44,818 nucleotides of DNA from a bacterium (GTDB lineage: Bacteria; Bacillota; Clostridia; Peptostreptococcales; Anaerovoracaceae), in the NCBI GenBank assembly GCA_963627215.1, contig CAVGAH010000001.1, positions 1-44,818 on the forward strand, given 5' to 3'. The first letter of the stretch is position 1; the number at the start of each line of letters is the position of its first letter. Made by a program: the position numbers and the translations under genes. Below, piece by piece: positions 38,925 through 44,818 of the stretch. The notes below the pieces were generated by a model. It ran no database searches and was not told where the DNA came from. It was given only the letters and a program-made list of their open reading frames with translations.

Positions 38925-38953
38925 AATATACTCCTGTCTGCAGGTATTGTCAA
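38925..38953 (-). promoter_or_regulatory. near-consensus sigma-A promoter driving the small ORF / aro leader
   Basis: On the minus strand: TTGACA (38953-38948), 17-nt spacer, TATATT (38930-38925). Confidence 0.7.
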
Positions 38954-39023
38954 CCATGTTTTTTAAGTTAATTATTTCACAGTATCACCATAACGCATAC
39001 ACGCATAGCTGTAGTAAAGTATT

Positions 39024-39701
39024 TTACAGTAACTCTATGCCCGGCCACTGGTCGTATGTATCGAGGAACAGACGACACAGTGGTTTTATTTTTTCACTGT
39101 CATCCGCTGAGTTTTCGTCATATACTCCGATAAGCTGGTAGCCTGCTGCTGAAGCGGTTTCTGAGGCGTGTAGCACATCCTCGAAAACGAGCGTTTCATC
39201 GGGAGAAGTCCCAAAGTATTCTGCTGCTTCGTTGTATATGTCGGGCTTGCGTTTGTTTGCTCCTACCTCCATGCATGTAAAGACCTTTTCAAAATATTTA
39301 TTGAGACCGAGTCTTTCGTTGCCTGCTTCTATCATTTCTCTGGCTGACGCTGTCGCTACACACATTCTTACGCCATGCGCCTTTAAGTCATCGAGTACAT
39401 CGAGGACGCCCGGCTTGAGCTGAAGTGTTTTTCTGTACTGGTCTGTGACTGTCCGGAGCACCGCCTGAACTATCTCGTCGTCTGTTCCGGGTGCGCCGTA
39501 CTCATCGCGGAATATTTTTGCACCTTCTTCGAGCGACATCGTTTTTATTACATAGTCAAGGTCAGGCGCAGGCTCTTTGCCGAGTACTGTTCTTACGTAA
39601 TCGCTTGAAGCTCTGCTCCACATACCCATAGAGTCCATAACCGTACCATCGTAATCGAATATCGCGGCTTTTATCTTCGTTTTATCTATATTTTTTCCCA
39701 T
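39024..39701 (-). CDS. HAD-IA family hydrolase (phosphatase / beta-phosphoglucomutase-like)
   Basis: 225 aa with motif I IFDYDGTVMDS, motif II VATAS and a C-terminal FEDVLHA motif. Confidence 0.85.
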   Translation of the reverse strand: MGKNIDKTKIKAAIFDYDGTVMDSMGMWSRASSDYVRTVLGKEPAPDLDYVIKTMSLEEGAKIFRDEYGAPGTDDEIVQAVLRTVTDQYRKTLQLKPGVLDVLDDLKAHGVRMCVATASAREMIEAGNERLGLNKYFEKVFTCMEVGANKRKPDIYNEAAEYFGTSPDETLVFEDVLHASETASAAGYQLIGVYDENSADDSEKIKPLCRLFLDTYDQWPGIELL

Positions 39702-39768
39702 ATTTTCCTTTTTTATTACTTATTTAATATCAGATTCTAAACTGTTTTACACTATTCAAAATATTCTA

Positions 39769-40560
39769 TCATATGAAGATAACTGCCGCCAGTGCTATAA
39801 ACGGCGCCATAGGTATGAAGCTTTCATTTGTAAGGCGTTTTGCCGCGAGTCCCGCCGTTATAAATAATGCGCTGCTGATCACGGCTACAGTGAACATCAT
39901 GACTGCTTTTTCGGGAGCGCCGGCGAGTGCTCCGCACACGAGCATCATTTTTATATCTCCTGCGCCTATAGCGCCCGCGCCGTAAAATACTGATGAAAGT
40001 ACAGCCGACAGGAGCATAAGGCCGCCGCCCGTCAATGCTCCCATGGCGACGCCGGTAAGCCCCGCGGCCGCAGCGTCGGCCCATCCCCGCCAAAAGCCGA
40101 CGCTGCCGCCTGTCAAATGCGCGCGCCCCATTAAAAATCCCTCAAGGCCGCCCGCATCTACGACCCCATGCGCGCATGCTCCCGCAAGCGCGCAGCCGGC
40201 CGCTGCCCACATCAGCTGATCCGGTATGATCATATAGTCCATATCACTAAAGGCAGCCGCCGCCAGAAAAACGCCCGCCGCCCCGCCCCAAACAGAAACG
40301 CCGCCCGCTATAAAAATATAAAGCGCAGCCAAAAACACAGCAAGCGCCTTAACCGCACGTTCAGGCGCGCCTCCGGCGCCCCTGAACCCCGCCATATGCA
40401 GCTCGCAAGGCGCTTCATCAAACTCGCAGAGCCAGCGCGCGGGCAGCGCCATATAAAGCCCGCGCGCAGACGCGCTGACGATAGCCGCCCCGACCACCGC
40501 CGCTGCAAAACGCGCCGCATCAACATTTTCTGCAATACCCGCATAAAAGCTCAAAAACAT
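39769..40560 (-). CDS. A24-family prepilin peptidase (no N-methyltransferase domain)
   Basis: 263 aa polytopic protein with the two catalytic Asp contexts SDMDYMIIPD and GAGDIKMM. It is visibly more GC/Ala/Gly-rich than its neighbours. Confidence 0.75.
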   Translation of the reverse strand: MFLSFYAGIAENVDAARFAAAVVGAAIVSASARGLYMALPARWLCEFDEAPCELHMAGFRGAGGAPERAVKALAVFLAALYIFIAGGVSVWGGAAGVFLAAAAFSDMDYMIIPDQLMWAAAGCALAGACAHGVVDAGGLEGFLMGRAHLTGGSVGFWRGWADAAAAGLTGVAMGALTGGGLMLLSAVLSSVFYGAGAIGAGDIKMMLVCGALAGAPEKAVMMFTVAVISSALFITAGLAAKRLTNESFIPMAPFIALAAVIFI

Positions 40561-40859
40561 TATTTTCCCGCTCCTTCCCCTTCTTACCTTCGACCTTTAG
40601 CCTATATTTCATAGTTTACCATCATATATTTATTTTTACAATATATGTAATCATTTTATATTTCGTTTTCCTTTTTATTCCTAACTTCCTGCAGGGCCGC
40701 CTGGCGGCCGCCGCTGCGCGCTGTTTCTTACCTCTAAATTAAGTAGCATTAATGCATCGCGCGCAATATAATATTCTTAAAAGCAAACACATACGAATCA
40801 CGCGCACGCGCATTGCATAAAATATTAATTATAAAACATTCAAAAGGGAGAAGATCAAA

Positions 40860-41612
40860 ATGAAAAAGCAAAACGGGCTGTCACCGCTCATGCCGGAAAC
40901 AGAGCTCAGCAGCAATAATACCCACAGGAAACACATATATCACAATCGCTTCAAGGTCATCATCACCGCGCTTATCATTTTGGTTATTGCAGCCGGGGCA
41001 ATGGCATGCCACACATTTAAGGACAGAAAAGCTCCCGCGGGCGGCTCCGACCCGATCTCTTCCGTCGATAAAACATCCGACGGCCGGACCCAAACTGAAC
41101 AGGGAGCAACAGACGGCAGCGCGACACCAGGCAGCTCAACAGACAGCAAAAACGAAAACAGCCCCGACGCCACTGCCAAAACACAGCAGCTCGGGGCAGA
41201 AAAATACGGCTTCATCACCGTTCCGTCAACATGGAAAACGTTCAACGACCCTGACGCATCATCGATCACAGGTAATAGCATAAAGCAGTACTGCGACGAA
41301 GCAGGCAAGCTCATCATAACGCTCAACTGCACAGAAAACCCGCAGACAGACGCAAAAAGCGCCGCATCATCATGCTGGGCGCAGATGGAGCAGGACGGCG
41401 CCACAGACATACAAGGCGCCACAGTGCAGATAGCCGACTGCGAAGCCTATCAAGTATACGGCTATTACACCGACGACGACGTGATGCTCGTCATATGGGT
41501 GTTTACAGACACCGACGGCACGCTGCACTATATATCAGCCGAAGGTCCGATAGACAGCGTAATGAGCGCCGTCAAGCTCGTAGAAAAAACATTTACATTA
41601 ACTGCCAATTAG
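40860..41612 (+). CDS. hypothetical membrane-anchored extracytoplasmic protein
   Basis: 250 aa. AAAGGGAG lies upstream. One TM helix (VIITALIILVIAAGAMA), a Ser/Thr/Asp/Gly-rich linker and a C-terminal domain of about 130 aa of unknown family. Confidence 0.6.
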   Translation: MKKQNGLSPLMPETELSSNNTHRKHIYHNRFKVIITALIILVIAAGAMACHTFKDRKAPAGGSDPISSVDKTSDGRTQTEQGATDGSATPGSSTDSKNENSPDATAKTQQLGAEKYGFITVPSTWKTFNDPDASSITGNSIKQYCDEAGKLIITLNCTENPQTDAKSAASSCWAQMEQDGATDIQGATVQIADCEAYQVYGYYTDDDVMLVIWVFTDTDGTLHYISAEGPIDSVMSAVKLVEKTFTLTAN

Positions 41613-41699
41613 CTAAAAGGCTGCCGTATACATTTCGGCAGCCCTTTCATTTATTGCAGGTATTTATTCATCGTCAATTAGCGATGCGATCATTCATCT

Positions 41700-42926
41700 T
41701 TATTCATCCAAAAAATCATCCTCAGCAGCTTCAACAGCCTCAGTACCCTCGTTCGCAGCATCCGCTCCATCTATCACCACAGCGCCCTCGTCAGCCGAAC
41801 GGCGCGACCTTCTGAGCACGATCAGATTTTTTACTGTAGCAGCCACAGGCACAGCGAGCAGCATACCGACGATGCCTCCTATGTCAGCACCTACGAGCAG
41901 CACTACCATCGTTATAACAGGATGCAGCCCTACGCTGTCGCCAACGATCTTAGGCGCGAGTAGATGATTGTCGATCTGCTGCACTATTATCATAGCCACG
42001 ACAGCCCATATAGCAGTCATATAGCCGCCTCCGAGCAGCGACACAGCCACAGCCACCACAGCGCCTATCCACGGCCCTACAAATGGTATCAGATTGCAGA
42101 TACCTGATATCACGCCGATGATGCCGAAATAGTTTACCCCCGCTATCCAGAGTGCCACGACGGAAAGCGCCGCAACTATGCACGCCTCCAGCAGCTGCCC
42201 GCGAAGGAACTGCTTAAACGTCCTGCTGAAAACATTTACACCGTTAAATATCTTCAGACCGATCTCCGTCCGTCCCGGACCCGCCAGGTAAACCTCCTTC
42301 ATCCTCTTAGTCAGATCTTCATAATCCATAGTAAAATATATACTGATTATCAGACTTATTATCCCGATAACAAGTGATGAACCGATCTCAGATACCCTCG
42401 AACCAAGTGAGGTCAGACCTGTTCCTGTGTTAAGATATTTCTGGACCCAGTCCTCAACAGCCGTCACCATCTGCTTTACCGCAGGATTATCTATCAGATT
42501 TTTATCGCCGAGCTTTATTCCCGACGCATAATTCAATATATAATTGATTATGTCATTCACCCCGGTATTTCGCGAAAGCTGACCGCCTATCATGATGTAT
42601 ATGCTGGCGATGATGACCGCAACGAGCGCTATCGCACAAATATATGTTATAAGTATAGTCACTATCCTCAGCTGCTGAGGCTTCACAGCCGCTATCCGTT
42701 CATTTTTCCTGAGCGCCGTCTCCATATGGCTCACAGGTATGAATAACAAGTACGCTATGAAAAACGCATAAAGCAGCGGTGAAATATAATGATACAGCTT
42801 CCCGAGCACCCCGCCGCACACGCTGAGTATGTCGCCTATGTTCCATAATATCCCTATAGCAGCAAAAAGCCCCAATATAGTAACTGCAACGTACAAACAC
42901 CGCCTTTTAAAAGTACGGTTATCCAT
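41700..42926 (-). CDS. AI-2E family transporter (PerM/UPF0118)
   Basis: About 8 TM helices with the characteristic C-terminal NLIPFVGPWIG and VGLHPV motifs. I chose the ATG at 42926 (GGGGAG upstream) over the 31-codon Arg-rich extension. Confidence 0.88.
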   Translation of the reverse strand: MDNRTFKRRCLYVAVTILGLFAAIGILWNIGDILSVCGGVLGKLYHYISPLLYAFFIAYLLFIPVSHMETALRKNERIAAVKPQQLRIVTILITYICAIALVAVIIASIYIMIGGQLSRNTGVNDIINYILNYASGIKLGDKNLIDNPAVKQMVTAVEDWVQKYLNTGTGLTSLGSRVSEIGSSLVIGIISLIISIYFTMDYEDLTKRMKEVYLAGPGRTEIGLKIFNGVNVFSRTFKQFLRGQLLEACIVAALSVVALWIAGVNYFGIIGVISGICNLIPFVGPWIGAVVAVAVSLLGGGYMTAIWAVVAMIIVQQIDNHLLAPKIVGDSVGLHPVITMVVLLVGADIGGIVGMLLAVPVAATVKNLIVLRRSRRSADEGAVVIDGADAANEGTEAVEAAEDDFLDE

Positions 42927-43171
42927 AATAACACTCCCCTTCTCCTTCAGAATTCCCCGGTAATGTATGTATATCCTGCGGCCGCCCGCGGCCCGGCATC
43001 CGCGCGTGTTCGCGCGCATTTCTGTTAATTATACCACAGAAACACTGCGTTTAATCGCAGTTCACAGAACTTACACAGTGTTTAACCGGCTTTAAACAGG
43101 ATGTGGGCGGGCCGGGCCCGCGCAAGCTTGGGCGCCGCAGGCATATTCGTTCCGCATCGGAAACATTTATG

Positions 43172-43201
43172 TTTACATCATGCATCATGACATTGTATAA
43201 T
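43172..43201 (+). promoter_or_regulatory. putative sigma-A promoter for the DUF2889-like gene
   Basis: TTTACA (43172-43177), 18-nt spacer, TATAAT (43196-43201). This leaves a leader of about 145 nt. Confidence 0.55.
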
Positions 43202-43353
43202 TAATATGTATGCTAATCAAATTAATCCATATTTATTAAAACGCATCATATCCGCAGGTGTTCATACGCTGACGGTACGGCTGTCGGATGACCGCGCTTC
43301 AGGTTTTGTGGCGCATACTCGGCGATATATGCGTGAACAGGAGAGTGGGAAAT

Positions 43354-44244
43354 ATGAGTACAGTAAACGGAAGAAAGCCGCTGCGGATCATAAAGCAGGG
43401 CATATACGAGAACGACGTAAGGCGCATAAGCGATACAGAGTCAGTAGCAAATGCTTTTATGCTGACTACTGATTTTGAAGGGAGCATTTCGCTCACTTTT
43501 AAAAATGATACTTTTGAAATAACAGACGCTAAATGGGGCATACATCGCGCGCCTGACATGGACCGCCGCGGCGAGGGAACTGCCGACATGCTTATCGGGG
43601 ATTCTGCGTACACAGGCGACAGGAGGAATCATATCAAGGTCCTGCCTGATTATTCAGCGGGTCAGACTGAGACTCCTGAAGACCCAAAGGCTGTATCGCC
43701 TGAATGGAAGCATATCCGCGAGCTGTATCTTGAGGCTCTGCGCGGCGCGCTGCAGGCTGAATATTACCTCTTGAAGGAACGCGGATTTAATGATATCATA
43801 GATTACGAGGAATCATGGGATTCTGACTGCAGACCGTATCATCTCGATCCGCCTGCTGTAGATGAATGGCCTATCTACGTCGGCGCTTTCGATCATTTCA
43901 GAGTGCGCGACCTTTACAACAAATATCTGCAGATGACGCTCATGGACAACGGTGACGAGACTGTCACAGCTCTCGGTACATACAACGACAGCTTCCATGA
44001 AATGTCAACCTGCTTCGTTTTCAATAAATCGGACGGCGTGATAACAGACTTCTCGCTCAATCATCTGCGAGTTCCGTTCAAGTCATGCCACGACTTCCAG
44101 GAAAGCTTCTCCGAGCTTTTCATCGGCCTCAACGTCCGCGAACTCACAAAACGCGACGTCGGCAAGCTCATAGGCGGCTCATACGGCTGCTTCCACTTCG
44201 TTGACATCATATACGACCTTATCGAGATGGCAGCGGAGCTTTAA
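43354..44244 (+). CDS. DUF2889-like protein (function unknown)
   Basis: I chose the ATG at 43354, preceded by GGAGAGTGGGA. The C-terminal LIGGSYGCFHFVDIIYDL resembles the G-x-x-GC-x-H motif I recall for DUF2889. This was not verified by HMM search. Confidence 0.6.
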   Translation: MSTVNGRKPLRIIKQGIYENDVRRISDTESVANAFMLTTDFEGSISLTFKNDTFEITDAKWGIHRAPDMDRRGEGTADMLIGDSAYTGDRRNHIKVLPDYSAGQTETPEDPKAVSPEWKHIRELYLEALRGALQAEYYLLKERGFNDIIDYEESWDSDCRPYHLDPPAVDEWPIYVGAFDHFRVRDLYNKYLQMTLMDNGDETVTALGTYNDSFHEMSTCFVFNKSDGVITDFSLNHLRVPFKSCHDFQESFSELFIGLNVRELTKRDVGKLIGGSYGCFHFVDIIYDLIEMAAEL

Positions 44245-44385
44245 AATTGCGATTCCCTAACTTTTTTAATTGTATTGAGAACCTCCTTTTTATATTATAA
44301 TAATTTTTCTCAATACACACCACAACAACTCTTAATAGAAAAAGCCGTATAACATGCTTCACCCGTGCGCGAAGGCGCTCGCACA

Positions 44386-44415
44386 AAAGGACTGCCGGTC
44401 GGCAGTCCTTTTGCG
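44386..44415. terminator. bidirectional intrinsic terminator
   Basis: 11-bp stem AAAGGACTGCC/GGCAGTCCTTT with loop GGTC. T-runs follow on both strands. Confidence 0.75.
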
Positions 44416-44503
44416 TTATATATATTATTCTTTATGGATCACACTCATTAAACATCACAGACCATTAAGGCAGAAATTTTCAATATATCTTTCACAAACG
44501 ATA

Positions 44504-44758
44504 TCATTTACTTGAATCGTACCTCGCTGCCCCTTCATGCACCTTATCAGAACTGAGCATTTCTTTCAGCCTCTCCGATGTTACATTAAGGATTTCAGCT
44601 ATCTGCTCCTCAGAAAAGCCCATTGACTTCATACGCGCTGCCATCATGTATTTTTCCTCTTTTCGGCCATCATCCTTTCCTGTACTATAGCCAGCCTTCC
44701 AGTATTCCTTCTTAAACATTTCCTTTACTTTTTCTTCATCGTATTCTGCTAATATCAT
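44504..44758 (-). CDS. hypothetical small protein (84 aa)
   Basis: I chose the ATG at 44758 (GAGGTG 6 nt upstream). The MGFSEEQIAEILNVTSERLKEML segment resembles the C-terminal repeat of Rpn/PD-(D/E)XK transposase-like proteins, but no nuclease domain is present. Confidence 0.5.
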   Translation of the reverse strand: MILAEYDEEKVKEMFKKEYWKAGYSTGKDDGRKEEKYMMAARMKSMGFSEEQIAEILNVTSERLKEMLSSDKVHEGAARYDSSK

Positions 44759-44818
44759 ATTCTTCACCTCGGCTTTATGCGCTACTTTATGAGCTAAATG
44801 ATTTAAAAAGAAAAAAAG

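Noticed and set aside
43206-43472. 88-aa plus-strand ORF overlapping the DUF2889-like leader and start
   Set aside because: It is Lys/Arg-rich and low-complexity, has no SD, and overlaps a better-supported start at 43354 in another frame.
1-44818. Defence islands, prophage, CRISPR arrays, toxin-antitoxin pairs or biosynthetic gene clusters
   Set aside because: I recognised no Cas, restriction-modification, integrase, transposase, phage structural, NRPS/PKS or TA-like gene pairs, and no direct-repeat arrays. The gene content is overwhelmingly housekeeping, so the novelty candidates reported are regulatory RNA or leader elements and unusual domain architectures.

Overview
This 44.8-kb window looks like core chromosome from a Bacillota (Clostridia-like) genome, not a mobile island. 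I found no rRNA or tRNA genes, CRISPR arrays, transposases or integrases. About 35 of roughly 40 genes lie on the minus strand. Gene order partly mirrors the Bacillus subtilis spoIIE-tilS-ftsH-coaX-dusB-lysS and metS-yabD neighbourhoods. Reading the minus strand from right to left: AI-2E permease; an orphan A24 prepilin peptidase; a HAD hydrolase; an aromatic-pathway operon (aroF-aroB-aroA-aroC-chorismate mutase) followed by a fused ecfA1A2-ecfT module, trmB and a nicotinamidase-like gene; a YitT-family gene; a YhgE/Pip - 2TM - YhgE/Pip operon; an AspC/TyrB-type aminotransferase; truA; dCMP deaminase; tagO-mnaA plus a MalT/LuxR STAND regulator; a trigger-factor paralog with metG and tatD; tilS; ftsH; coaX; dusB; greA; lysS. 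Plus-strand genes are a phosphatase-only SpoIIE homolog, an ECF S-component, an M23 peptidase, an anchored hypothetical protein and a DUF2889-like protein. The two strongest non-obvious signals are regulatory, not protein systems. (1) Just upstream of aroF sits a near-consensus promoter, a 49-codon Phe/Tyr/Trp-rich ORF and a strong intrinsic terminator with a plausible antiterminator. This is a candidate ribosome-mediated aromatic amino-acid attenuator. (2) A conserved structured leader element, with blocks about 90 percent identical, occurs in two copies upstream of two unrelated genes (the trigger-factor paralog and yitT). One copy carries a structured insertion of about 84 nt. Everything was judged by eye from the sequence and ORF translations; no database search or RNA folding was run.
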